A stretch of DNA of 64,000 bases from Adineta vaga (taxonomy: Eukaryota > Animalia > Rotifera). Of this stretch, positions 1 to 15,262 are shown one piece after another. Both the position numbers and the translations under genes were made by a program. Under the pieces are notes generated by a model. The model saw only the letters and a program-made list of their open reading frames with translations. It ran no database searches and was not told the DNA's origin. Every line of letters begins with the position of its first letter. The first letter of the stretch is position 1. The DNA lies in contig CP075496.1 of assembly GCA_021613535.1 (NCBI GenBank), positions 1,488,001 to 1,552,000 of the forward strand. The letters are read 5' to 3'.

Positions 1-1653
1 CGAACATGAACAATACTACCTGATAGTTTACAAGATGATGGAAGCCTAAAACGAGTGAAAAGCAACCCCCGACTGATTACGCGTCTATTGTGATAAGCAA
101 CGGGATAGAAGAAAAGATGATTCAATTAGAGAGAAGGAAAATCGAACAAGCTCACTAATATCCATATGCATGTATATACACACACATGGATAAATGAGGA
201 AAGAAGAACGAACTATTGAAGCATAATCAATTGTATAGTGCACCTCCTACACTTGTCTAAATACAAGGAAAAAGATGTGCTCAATTAATTGGTGATGACG
301 AGTGTATGGAAAAAGAAAAAGTCTATATGAAGACATTCAGGTGATCAAATTTCATTTGAGCAATGTAATTAACAGATGAAATTCATGTTTTCTAAACATC
401 ATTAAGACAACAACAAAAGATATGTTTCGTATATAGAACATTTCCTAAAAGTACTTATAAACTTTCCGATCTTTTTTTTGAATAAAATTTCTCAGTAACA
501 GAAGTTCATTATTGATCATGCACGAGTAACATTTTGTAAAATGTTCATCATTATCTCTCATCTTAATTATGGATACAACTATATTCTTCTAGTCTTTTCT
601 TTGATTGACATTGAATCGGCAAAGATAAAAGTATTTGTACATCCAACTGTTTCTTCGTTGTCTATTGTTACTCATTAAATGAGATTTTATTTGATCATCT
701 TACATTATCTCAAAATTGCCTTTGTTAACTTTTTTTTCCTATATTTTTGTCGAATATTTTGAAAATAGTTTTCAATAATCAATCATCCAAGTGATAATAA
801 GGCGTGAAGGTAGAATGAGCATAACACTTACGAATGATGATGATGATGCGCTAGTCAGAACAATTATGTTGTTGAGATGGATAGGTGCTAGCTCACAATA
901 GGCATGACACCATAGTTATTTTGCGCATTTAACTACTTGACAATTAATGATGACTAAAAAATGGGTGTGAGATTCCTAAGAATATGTTTTATCCATACTG
1001 CCATCTTGATTTCAGAAGAGAGAAAAAGAAGCAATTGAAATCATGCTGCTTGATAATCGTACCTTATTTAAAATTCATTCAACTTGAAAAATTAGTTTCT
1101 ACAAGCACTATTCGACAAAAAATGTATTCATCCATCTCTTTTCTTTTTCATTCATATATTGAAAAGAAAAACAATTATCAAATAAACGATAAGATCCAAT
1201 AAATCTGATACGATCTAATGATGATCATCTTGCACTGTTGTGTCCATACATTTTCTGTCATTGACAAAAGTCAATCAATCAATTAGACATTTGCCTTTTT
1301 GTCTCTAGAATATTTTCCTTTCTCTCTTTCTTTTTGTTTTATTGTAAACCTTCGTACAAATTGGAAATATGAGATAAAGACACAACCAGGCACAAGCAAA
1401 AAGGGCAATTCTGTTCTTTTCTTGTTGAGAAAAAGAGAAGAAAAAAAAGAAGAATGTAAGATACGAACGATAACATCGTACATAATTGGGTGCAAATTAC
1501 TCCATAACAGAGTATAAAGAGAGAAGAAGGAGAAAAAAAACGTTCCCATTCTTTTTTCTTGTCTTTCGCATTATGATTGGCCCATTGACGAAAATATCAG
1601 GCTTGTTGAGCCAATTCCTTCGTTCTCTTTTGCTCGTATTCTAGGCATGTTCT

Positions 1654-1668
1654 GATTGGCTTAGTTAG
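1654..1668 (+). promoter_or_regulatory. AIY-motif-like (Vsx/LIM-HD composite) site, or inverted CCAAT box, in the Vsx promoter
   Basis: GATTGGCTTAGTTAG about 240 nt upstream of the Vsx ATG. Other ATTGG/CCAAT cores lie near 1576 and 1611. Confidence 0.35.
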
Positions 1669-1898
1669 TTCGTTACTAACAGAAGAAAAAGAAGAAAAAA
1701 GATTCGAACTACCATTCTCTTTCTTGCCCAATTATCAACAAATTAGTTTCTCTTTCTTTCTTTCTCTCTCTCTCTCTCATTTGCGTCTTTTTTTTCTTTT
1801 TGCTTATTTTCTTCATTTTCTTGTTCATATATGTTAACAACCTAATCATCAGTTGATTGACTTCTTTTACGTTTTTCTCTTTCCATTATCATCGTGTC

Positions 1899-3969
1899 AT
1901 GAATTTAACTCATCATCAACAACAAATGCACCATCATCATCATCCATCACCTTATTCGCAACAAATATCTTCAGCAAGTCGAACAACAGCATTCGCTATT
2001 CAAGAAATTCTTGGTTTAACACCCACCGATCTTGCAGCTGCACGTGCCTATGCTGATCACCAAGCTTATACGGCTTATTTATCTCGATCAAGTTTATTTC
2101 CATCTCCATATCATCCTCAACATCATCCAACTGGATCATTTATCAATCCTGATGTCCCACATCCACATTCAAATTTTCTTCAACAATTTTCCCCAACCAA
2201 TTCGCATAATACAAATACAACATTAGATTCATTACAAGATAATTTAGGTAAAACAACACGAATCTGATAAGAATCGTTTTTTTTCTTCTCCTTCTTCTTT
2301 GAACGTTTGAAGACGATAAAAAGTCGACAATCGTTATGTGCAATGTTGCTTGCTTAGTTAAACAACACTTGACGGATAAGATTTGTTTTGTCTTTTCAAA
2401 CATATCAAACAAAAATATGATTATCAATAAGAGCGAATAGAAAAAGAGAACACTTTAAAGATAAATCTATTCATCTCTGATCTTTTATTTAGATCGAGAT
2501 ATTCTTCTTGGAAATACAACAACAACAACAACAACGGGAAATGAAACTTGTGGTAGTAATGAAAAAATCAATTCGACCGGAACAAACAATAGTAATAGTA
2601 GTGGATCAGGAAAAAAGAAGAAATGTAAAAGACGACATCGGTAAATCTTACGATTAGAGAATTTCTTTTCTTCTAATAGTCGTCATGTTCTATTTCTTTA
2701 GAACTATATTTACAAGTCATCAAGTTGAAGAATTAGAAAAAGCATTTAAAGATGCTCATTATCCGGATGTATTCGCACGCGAATTATTGGCAGTTAAAAC
2801 TGATCTAGCTGAAGATCGAATACAGGTTTGTTAATTCTTTTCTCGAAAAAAGAAAATTCAATTGATTAGTAGGCGGAGAACTATTTTCAAGTATTGTCAA
2901 TATGAATGAGTTAATTAATTCTCTCGGTTCTCATCATCATTAACGCACGGCGTGCGTGTATGTCTCCTATTTCTGAGCCTTACACGCACTAGTCTTGTAC
3001 ATGTTTCTCTCTTCATTCCTTGGCCTCTATTTATTATTCTACATCGACAGCATAAATAGTCGCTCAGCGTGATATCACTATGCCATGTTCTAATGAGCAT
3101 TTTCGCATCGATTGGTGGAAAAACTCTCCTAGCACGTGTGCTCGATTGGATCATCTCTTTCTCATTCTCGTTTTTTTTTCTTCTTGACATCCTCAGCCAT
3201 TTATTACAAGATGGGTGTCAATGCGAAAGAGAGAGAGAGACAAGGAGAAATAGATTCACTCTGTCAGCCAACTAATTGCTCATTTAGTTTATATTCGTGA
3301 CGTCACTTATGTCTGATAGAAAACGAACGTGTGAGCAACTCATCATCTGTTCATTGATGAATTTTTTCTCATATACGATTTGTTCACAATGAATACTATC
3401 ACACGCACATACAATGTGATAATTCTAATGTTTTTTTTACTTTTTTCGTTAGGTTTGGTTTCAAAATCGTCGCGCAAAAGTAAGTCGAATCTTTGCATAA
3501 CAAAATTTCAATTTATTATCTCTTCTTTCAGTGGCGTAAAACAGAAAAAACATGGGGAAAAGCAACTGTTATGGCTGAATATGGTTTATATGGCGCTATG
3601 GTTCGTCATTCACTTCCATTACCTGACACAATTGTTAAATCAGCTAAAGATGGTATTGATTCATCATGTGCACCATGGTTACTTGGTATGCATAGAAAGT
3701 CATTGGAAGCAGCTGAACAATTGAAAAAAATGGTTAAAGATGATGGAGAAGATGGTGAAGGTATCCATGAACATGAAGATGACGACGAGGATGATGATGA
3801 TGATGATTGTAGTAGTACACATTCAAGAGAATCATCTCGTTTAGTATCTGGATCAACACAAATAAATTTAACAGAAACGATGAGAAGTGAAAGTATTGCT
3901 GCACTTCGTGCCAAAGCTCAGGAGCATAGTGCACGAACAACAACGACACCAAATGATTGTCAACAATAA
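1899..3969 (+). CDS. Vsx: Visual system homeobox (Vsx/Chx10/ceh-10), PRD-like homeodomain + CVC + OAR; exons 1899-2247, 2493-2640, 2702-2825, 3453-3479, 3532-3969
   Basis: eh1/octapeptide FAIQEILGL. Spliced homeodomain KRRHR|[41 protein letters not shown]|VWFQNRRAK|WRK. CVC domain [21 protein letters not shown] motif [16 protein letters not shown]. All introns GT-AG and in frame. Confidence 0.96.
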
Positions 3970-4497
3970 CATTTAGAACAAACTTTCTTGCTCTTTTTCT
4001 TCTTCTTTTTTTGTACAGTGCATGTTTATTTGAAGAGATAAAACAAAGGAAAATAAATACATATTGCAGTTTTCACTGAGTTCATCCTTTTCTTTTTCAT
4101 ACTTTAATTAGATAACAAAAAACAGAGAGAGATGTGAAGACCAGACAAAAATAACCAGTTTTTGCTTGATTAATAATAAAAAAAAGAACACAACTCTCAA
4201 AATACTTCTATTCTATTTAACATGTCTGCTTTACATCGTGACATTCAAATGATTCGAAAATTATGATTATTTTTAATAGGTCATATATATATAAATTATA
4301 AAACAATTACTAATGAGGATAAATTAGAACGATATATAATAATAGAAACTCTTTTCCTCGATTTTGAGAGTAATTATAGAAAAAGATACTTTTCTCTGTG
4401 TTGTTACTAATGAGTTGGGTACAGACGAATGACAAAATATATAAGTACTTAATAATGAAATTTTAGTTTTGTAAAAGAATATTTATTTAAATAAGTT

Positions 4498-5962
<1,465 letters not shown>

Positions 5963-6103
5963 GTTTTTATATTCTAGAAAATATAAACTCTATGAGTAAA
6001 CCAATCAACAAGCACGTATGATATGGACAAAGAAGAACTCCAATGGAATAAATACAGAAAAACAAAATGTACATAATGAAAAGAAAAAGTTCAGAACTCG
6101 AAA

Positions 6104-7492
6104 TCAAGATTTAAGATTTTTCAGAATACGAAGAATAACATCATTAATATCCTAAAGTAAGATCGATAGAATAAGAATTAATAGAGAATTGAAATATTTT
6201 ACCGCTGGTCGACAGGAATCTTCAATCCAACGAATCATTGTAGAAGTAAATTGATGAAAACTTGTTACTTGTCCAGTTTGCATTGCTTGATCGAAACTGA
6301 CAAATAATGAATCAGCAATGTTTTGAAACTAAATATGAAAAAAACGAAAGATAAACAATGTTTGTTATTCAAATGAACATACCACATTAAATTTATGTTC
6401 GTCATCGATTGTTTTATTTGCATTTTTACTTGAATTTAAATTCATTTCAAGAATATCTTCATAGGTTCTAAATTTTCAAAGAGAAATAATTTCGTATTCA
6501 CTAATAAAAAAGAACAAACTTTTGAACAGCACGTAAACAATATGTATCCGTTCTTCTAGCTTCTAATTGTGCACTGATTTCTTCTTTTTCTTTATTTAAT
6601 TCAATCAGATAATCAGTCGCTAAATAAGAAATAAATTAAAATACGATTTATTTTTGTTTTCTTTTGAAAACTTACATCGTTTTAATATTGCTGCTTTGCT
6701 CACTTTCTGTGAACTGATTGGATCAAGTAGATGACTGTTGGGAACGAGATTTTGTAAAGCATCATACCCTTTCTAGGAAAATATTCTCGATTATTATCGA
6801 ATCAATTCACAAAGAAATCTAATATATCGATTACGAATCAAGATAACTACATGGATAAGTACTAACTTCCTCGGAAATGGAATGTTTATCTTATTTATAT
6901 TACTCGAATAGAATTTCGACGTTTCTGTTCAGCAGCTGTATGTGCTGCTCGTCGTCGACTATCATCACGTTTAGATTCCGAATTCTTTTCCATTCCACCA
7001 TTTGCGATATTTCCATTCGTCATATTACTTTCGTCATCATCATCATCATCGTCATCATCTATATAAACATGAACGTTTTTATCAAAACGAAAAGAATTTG
7101 AAATGATAATTATCAACAAACCAGTATGATCAGCAGAAGATGGAAGAGAATATGAAACTTGATGAACATATTGACGTCTTTTTAGTGGAGAAGTTTGCCA
7201 ATCGGAATTCGAACGACCACGTTTTAATGAAGGATTAGCGGTATCATTCATTCCATCATAGTATTGTATCACTAAATTTAAACAAGATTTAGTGAAAGAC
7301 AAAAACCCAAACGATCAAATTTACTTTCGTTATATTGAGATGTAACTTGTGGATTAGCAGGTAACTACAAAGAAATTATAGAAAAACAAAAAGATTGAAA
7401 TTGAATATTAAAAAACTTACTTTTAGATGTGATTTTATTGCTTGATTGACATCTGGGCCATGCCAATAATTTATTGTCCCCGAGGTATTCAT
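6104..7492 (-). CDS. MLX: Max-like protein X (bHLH-Zip + C-terminal DCD)
   Basis: RRRAAHTAAEQKRRNSIR|KGYDALQNLVP...KVSKAAILKR. C-terminal KFNVFQNIADSLFVSF...WIEDSCRP is typical of Mlx. Confidence 0.88.
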
Positions 7493-8391
7493 AATATCTA
7501 CAAAAGAAATTCCTTTTCTTTTTCAAAACTACTCGATATCATGATGATATTTATAAAGAAAATGATTCGGACATCTATTGGAAATAAAAACCTTTGAGTA
7601 CAAAATATTAGCTACTTTATTTGTAATCTGATATAGTACTCATTTGACCTATGCATGTGAATTCGACATTTATGAAATGATTATTTAACATACATTCCAA
7701 AAAGGCCTAATATTCGTTAAGAGAAGAAAAATCAAACCTTTATATAATTACATACTTGGAAAAAAAATTATAGTAAAAAATTTTCCTGCTCAAAATTATA
7801 TTTCATATCATGTCGTTTATTCTCGTTAAGTGAACTGTTCTCAAAGGTAAGTTTTGTATTGTTTTTTTTTCATATGATATAAATCTTTTCTTCGTGTACA
7901 GGTGAATCATTTCCTACTGATAGAATTGTCTTCTCCTTAGTAGATCTGAAATATTCAAGAAATTATCAAGCACTAAATGAAGTCTTTCCTTTTTCATTTT
8001 TACGAATGTTTTAAAATAACAAAAATTAATGGAAAGATAGAAAAAGAACGACGAATATACAATGGTTCATTGATTCGATGTGTTGATATGACTATCGTCG
8101 ATAGATGACTCCACTAAACAGCAAATATACGACAATATTTCGAAGATTTTACATCAAAAAATCATATTCATATTTGATTCTTGAATCTATTCAAATGTCT
8201 AATCCCTATGAATGCATTTCTTCAGCAGATTCGTGATGGTGTTCTTTAGAAATTCCATAGAATGTCTCATTCCTTTGTTTATAAATGATATAATATAGAT
8301 TTCATCCGACATTCTATATTGTCATGAAAATATGAATAAGAAAAAAAACAGAAAGAAAATTCATTAATCTCCAAAAGAAGGAATAAGCTAT

Positions 8392-9735
8392 TTAATGTGT
8401 ATTGGTTTTCGCTCGTTCACATAATCGAGCTAGTAATGATGATAATTGTAATTGAGATTCTACACCTTGACTCACACGCATATATGTCAAACCAATTTCC
8501 TAAAAACATAGAATGAAAGTTGTATTGATCAAAACAAAAGATGATTATACTCGAATAAATTCTAATTGCGTAAATTCACTCATTTCATATGTTTTTGTAA
8601 CACGCATAATCACAGAGAGAATATCTTCAGCTGTATAACCTAATCGCCAAAGATGATTCATTGCTTTATAAGCTTCATCAAGTTCACATTTGAGACATTT
8701 TTCAATCATATCACGAATAAGAATAGGATGTGGTTCATCACAGACTTTGAAAACATTCTCACTATTCACATGTCCAAATCCAAATACAGTTGATTGAAGA
8801 TTATTGATAGCCTAAATAGTCATTTTTGTTTCTCTATGAAAATAAACGAAATTTTCGATTTCCTACTTGTCGCATATCACCTTGTGCTGTGAAAATGATG
8901 GCTTCGAGACCTTCTGAAGTAAATGAAACTTGTTCAGCTTTAGCAATTTCCATTAAACGTTTTAATAATTGTTCATCATTTAATTTTGAATATCTCAACA
9001 TCGCACATCGAGATTGAATTGGTTCTACAATACAACAAAAAAAGAATCAACAATCAAAGTCATAACTATCAAACAAACCAATGATTTTATCCGAAGCATT
9101 ACATGCTAATGCAAATCGAGTAGTTTTAGAATATATTTCCATTGTTCGACGTAATGCTTGTTGAGCACCTTCTGTCATACTAAATACAAACAAGAAAACT
9201 AAACATCATTTCAAAAGAAACGATTTCATTTCTACCTATCAGCTTCATCAAGAATAATTATCTTATGTCGTCCTTTTGGTAAAGATACTTTCGATTGAGC
9301 AAACATCTTAATTTTTGTACGTACAACATCAATACCACGATCATTCGATGCATTCATTTCAAGGACAGCTTCACGAAAAGAATCACCAAGCATTTGTCTT
9401 GCAAGACAAAGAACACTTGTTGTCTATATCAAAGAAGTTTTTCATATCGACGAAAAAAAAACCCTGAAAGAAAAACAAACTTTTCCACAACCCGGTGGAC
9501 CAGAAATGATAATATTAGGTAAATTGCCTTGTCGAGCAAAATGAGCAAGACGTGAGACAGCTTCTTCATTGCCAACAATATCATCGAGTTTTGATGGACG
9601 ATATTTTTCAAGCCATGGTGTATGTTTAATTACGGATGTCTTCGTTATAGCATCAGCTTCTTTTGTTGGAATTGGTGGATGATTTTCTTTTGTTGTTGAT
9701 GAACTAATATCAGTCATATCAACATCGTCTGACAT
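8392..9735 (-). CDS. RFC2: Replication factor C subunit 2 (RFC40), multi-exon
   Basis: PWLEKYRP, Walker [36 protein letters not shown] motif (IQSRCA), KVCDEPHP. Confidence 0.95.
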
Positions 9736-11727
9736 TTTTGTTTTCTTTATTTCTTTGAAATAAACTCGAAATAACTAACTGAACCAAATGAAAGAGAAAG
9801 ACAAGACAAAGAAATGAAGAATGAAAGAATCATTTATCGATTCATTCGATAAAACTTTTACGTCGACAGATGACTTTACTAGTCAGTTATCAGATAAAAT
9901 AAATAGTTGTTTATTTTGACTATCGATAGATTAGATCGAAGTACGACAATTTCATTTGAATGATTAATAAAATAACAATGATATTATATAGAAATGAATA
10001 ATCCCGAAACGATTCTCCATCGAATTTCTTTACAGTTTTCTGTGTCAATTTCGGCCATATTTTTCGTTTATCAGCTGATTGAATATAACTTATAATTTTC
10101 GATGAAAATGAATCCTTTTATTTTCATTCTGATTTTTTCCTGACATAATTCGAAATAATATTCACATATTTCAAAACGTCTCGATTGTCTCAAAGCAAAT
10201 AATCAACTCCGATTTTATTTGCAGATATTAATACCAATAACGTACATCGCTCGATATATTAAATTTCAAATCTTTATCAACATATATCTTCTCCAAACAG
10301 TATAACCTACTTTTCAGTACAATCGCGAATTTGTCATCGGTCGTACTATTCACTGACAACTTTTTTTTTCGATTACATAACCCAACTATATCATCTTCTA
10401 TTATGTTCTTGAACAAGATGCTCAATAATGTACATAAATGACATTTACAATACTTCACTTGTCTTTTGGTTAAATAGAACATTTATTGTTAATAGTACTT
10501 GACAATTCTTTCATCATCATATTTATCTAATTGAATACGTACATATTTTATCGACAGATTTAGGGTTTTTTTTTCTCATCGAACTGATATTATTTGTACA
10601 TACAGATGACCTTGTTATGTTAGTAAAGATGAATCTCTACGAAACGAACAGAAGTCTACTAATATTCAGTTATCAATGATTGTTTAATTCTCCAAACACA
10701 TTCATATTTGCTATAACGTTATTAGAATACAAATAATGATGACATATGCATATTCAGAACTTTTCTTTTCATTCTCTTCGTTTTATTTCCCTATACATTC
10801 GTGCTATTGTCAACTTTTTTTTTCGAACACATACTGAGACAGAAAGAAAGAACGAAAAAAGAGGGGAATAACGCTGTTCTTCGAACATTTTTGTTTTACT
10901 TATTCGTGAAGAAAAAAATCGAGAACTTCTTATTTTCTCTGTCATATTTGTCCTTCATATTTTTCTCTTTCGTTCTGTTAAACATTTATCAGCTCGCTGC
11001 TTTTTAATTAACCTGACAAACTGCGTACATACACTTGATCAAATTGCTGTACTTCGACGTGTATATCAACACCTTTATGTTATAGAAGCAAGAAAAAAAG
11101 ACATCAGATACGCTTTAGTTTCTATTCATATGTAATCTTTCATGTCATAACAAGTGTTTTAACGATGCCAACAATCGAAAGAGAACAGATGAATTGACTA
11201 TTGTTGTTATCGCAATAGGGTTTATTACTCAAGCAATTGAACATTATTCGAAACATGAAAGTTAACTTATTCATTCAAAGAATTAACAACATACGATGAA
11301 ATACAATTCAAAGGTATAGCAGAATATGCAAATTCTCAACTTGAATTTGTTTTTTCGGAATAATCTACTTGTTACTTAATCGTAAATAAATAAATCTTTC
11401 ATGCCTAAGATTTCTATAAGTACATAGATGACAATGTTTCATATAAGAACATTTCTACTAATTTGTATACACATTAGTTGTTTTTTTTCATTCAACCAAG
11501 CAAACGAAGTAAATATATATATTCGTTTTTTTCTTTGTGATTACCTTGAAAATAAAGAGACATAGAAAACATTAACAGAGATGTCGTAAGGACTGTTTAC
11601 ACGCTATTGCGTCTAATATTCTCCATGCGTGATAGAACAACGTGTCTATATTCTACTCATTTATTCAAGGTACTGTCTGATAATTAATTTGTATCAATAA
11701 TCAAGTCGAAGGAACAAACAGTCATCA

Positions 11728-13090
11728 ATGGCTCGAAAAGATGAACAACAATATGAAATTCATTATGCCACACTTGTAAAAACCAATCTTCCTTATACGA
11801 ATGGTCATGATGTGATAATTTCATCTTCTAATCGACAGCAAACGAACGAACTTGAACGAAATAAAGCGGTAAGATGATGATTTCTTTTTATTAGAAATAC
11901 CTCGTTCGATTTCAATCATGAAATCATACGAGTGCATTAAGTACGAATAGAAGAAGAAGAAGAAAAGAATTCGTTTCTTTATTTTTTCATTGGATTGATT
12001 ATTTTAGCTTTATGTCGATTTTGAAGATGTTTTTCCAAATGATACAACAAATTATGATTATTTTGGTTGCCAACCTGTCTTTACTTATTCAGATCAATCG
12101 GCAGATTTTTATCTTCAATCTGTTGAAACAATATCGGAAATAAAAAATACAAATTTTTCACCGTATATTCGTCGACATTTATCGCGTGAAAATAGTCGAC
12201 CGTCAACACCATCCGATAATCCACCGTATCAACTTTCTCCGCCAACCCTTCCTCCATCTTCTCATCACTCATCGACAACCAATGGTGCAACACATCTTCA
12301 TAATGATTTGAATAATTTAACTCTTGTACAACTTACTCCAGTCGATGATTTACCAGCTCCATTTACTCCCGATGCAATTCAATTAAAAATCAAACAAAAT
12401 GATTACATCGAAGCATCACTTCTTTCCTCTCAATTTAAATTAATCTTACCACAATATTTTCTTGTCAAATATTTAGGCCGAAAACCATGCGCACAATTAT
12501 GGGGTTCAAAAGCTGTTCGAACACCGATCGATGACATGGTGCAAAGCGCTCGACAAATGTCATCGATGAATGAAATGCCGACATTAGAAGCATGCATCAA
12601 TACACGTGGACTTACATTAACACATCGTCAGTCACCTACACGTTCCAAACATTCTTCGCGCACTCTTAGTCCTGAACGTCACCAACACGGTCTTATTCCA
12701 TTAGAACATATCTCTTACGTTATGCACGATGTTAAATATTCGAAAATCTCGACTTGTATTGTTTTACGTCAATCAAAAAGTTCATCATCAACTGATCCCG
12801 TGACTATTAATGAAACTATAACAGAATGTTATGCATTTCTATTTCAATCGAAAGATCATGCTCATCGATTTGCTCTTTCACTTGCCGAAGCATTCAATGC
12901 ACAGAAACATTCGTCAAAAGTTCCGAAAAAGAATCATGATGATAAAAGAGACGGACGTTCTCCTTCCCATCGACCAAAACATCGACCAACGACTCAGCAG
13001 CAGCATCACCATCATCATCATCATCATCACCATAATGAGAAAACACGAAGTCGATATGATGATACTTATTTACGCGATTCTGAAGTGTGA
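11728..13090 (+). CDS. PTB/PID-domain adaptor protein with poly-His tail; exons 11728-11868 and 12008-13090
   Basis: PTB-fold pattern FLVKYLG...LWG...PIDDMV...IPLEHISY...ECYAFLFQSKDHAHRFALSLAEAF. Phase-0 GT-AG intron joins the two exons in frame. Confidence 0.72.
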
Positions 13091-15262
13091 TAAAAATTTT
13101 GTATGATATGATATGCTTTTCTTTCAGTTTTATTTAATAGTCTTTCATTTACCAGTGATATGAAGACAAATCATGCAGGTCATGATAAAGAGATATTCAC
13201 TAAAGAAAAACTAAACTCTAATTTATTTATTGATCGAACTGATTAGATTAATATATTGAACCGTTAGAGACAGAGTGAAATCTTGTTTTTCTTCCGTTTT
13301 TTTTAATAGCCTTCTTGAAAGAATCGAATTTCTTTGATATAAACGGCCTTCGTATAATAAATGTAATGATTACCTCAAGTTTCAGATGAAGAAAAAGAAA
13401 GGATAATGATTACGACTATTATATTCTTCCCTATAGAAGTTTTTTTTTCATGTTTTCAAGTGTTTTAGTATTATGTTTTCTTTTTCTATAGTAAATATTA
13501 GGATGATTTGAGGGTGGCATATTTATTTAGTCAATTTTCTATAACACTCTATGTGAGAAATTGGTATAAAGACTCTATTCATATTTTCTTAAATCAATGT
13601 ACCTAATAAATATCCATCAAGAGAAATATAATTTATTATTTATAATCTATCAAAGAGCTACATAAATACAGAAGAGTTGAGCAAGTACATGTAGTTCCAA
13701 TGCATTAAAATTCGATACTGATTGGATTTGGAAAACTAAGATTAATTGAATATCATACATCAACATTTCTTCAAAATTGATCATAAGTAAACGAGGTAAT
13801 TTGTTGAGGTTCTATTCACTGCTCAAGTTATATGAAGATTTTTTGAATATTTTCATCTATGATGACAATTTCTTTTGCTTATGATCAGAAATGTTAGATA
13901 ATTAACTTTACTACTCAAACTATCTTTCATATAATGTTGCATGCTCAACAATATTGTCATGAACTGAACAATCAATCATCATCAATGTGTAAAGAAAATA
14001 AATATTCACTATCATGCAAAAACAGCTAAATCATTCTTTGTTCCTTCTCTTGATAACTAATGATCACGATTATTGATTATTCTTCAAAAGTTTAAGTTCG
14101 TAAAGATATCGAAAACAATGTCAGTGATGTTTTGGTTGAGTTGGATAACATTAACTAATATTATGTCATGAAATTTAATCATCAATGAAGAAAACAATCG
14201 AAAGAAAAATGCAATGAACCGTGACGAGATAGAAAAATCATATTATTTAAATTTTTTTCTTCGTTTTTTTTTCGTATCTTATCTTTCTCAATAATAAATT
14301 TGCTTGGTTTTTGAGTGCATGGATAAAGATAGAGATTGCCGCTAGGCTTCATGTTAACAATCGCAGTCGAAGATGCGAAACAAAGAGACACATAGGAAGA
14401 GAGAGAAAAAAAGACAATTGTTTGAGACACAAAGTAAAGAACAAGTCACATCTTACGATCAATTGTTCGAAAGTATCTACTCATCTTTTCCGTCGAGTTA
14501 GTCGTAATCATCACTACAACTCATTCTCACACATTCAGATAGAGGAAGAAGAAGGAGAAGAAGAAGAATAAGAAAAGGAAAAAGACGACGAATAAAAATA
14601 GAGTCTTCGAAAGATAAAAACACACTATAATTCTTCTTATATATATATATATGTAAGACCATTAGTAAAGAAGAAGAAAAAACGAGGGTTGATGATCCGA
14701 TCGTAAGTTTACATCGCATCGTGAACGATCGAGATGGAACGCTCGTGCTCGCACAAGCAAAGAGAAATACTAATAAAATATTTCTCTAGTTCTTCCTTTT
14801 TTTTCTTTATCAGACTAAGTACAGATGCATCTTTGTCTCTCTTCCTCTCCCTCTTTTTCTCTATGTATGGTGTATTAGTTCAAGGACTATGATGTTGGTA
14901 GAGAAACAAGGGACTTCAAACGCGAGACGGGACTAGTCTGTGTGTTGTGTATGCTCAGCAGTCATAAATAATAATTCGAACAAAAAGAACAAGAAGAGAG
15001 AAAGTGATTATTGCATGCTAACTTTTCCTTTTACGAAGAATCTATCGGCAAAATTGAACAACAATTGTTATCTTTTCTTAACAAAATACTTCAATCGTAC
15101 TTGTACTTTAAGATTATAATTTATGTTTATATTTTAGATGATGTTTTATGTCACAACGGTATTGTGTTACATTCAATAGGATTTATCGATTACTTTTCTA
15201 TTACATCGATTAGTTAATCAATAACAAAATCCCGTTCGCAATTGCGCATTAACAGCGCATGG

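Noticed and set aside
984-1549. Short ORFs upstream of Vsx and similar F/L/K-rich ORFs in intergenic DNA
   Set aside because: Low-complexity translations of poly-T/poly-A tracts with no domains or splice support.
6774-6903. 3-nt microexon (AG-GAA-GT on the minus strand) in the Mlx bHLH intron
   Set aside because: It would need a ~34-nt upstream intron, below the size range seen here, and would disrupt helix 1 spacing.
7810-8015. Selenoprotein reading of the in-frame TGA in the orphan spliced ORF
   Set aside because: No redox-motif context, no recognisable SECIS and no family similarity.
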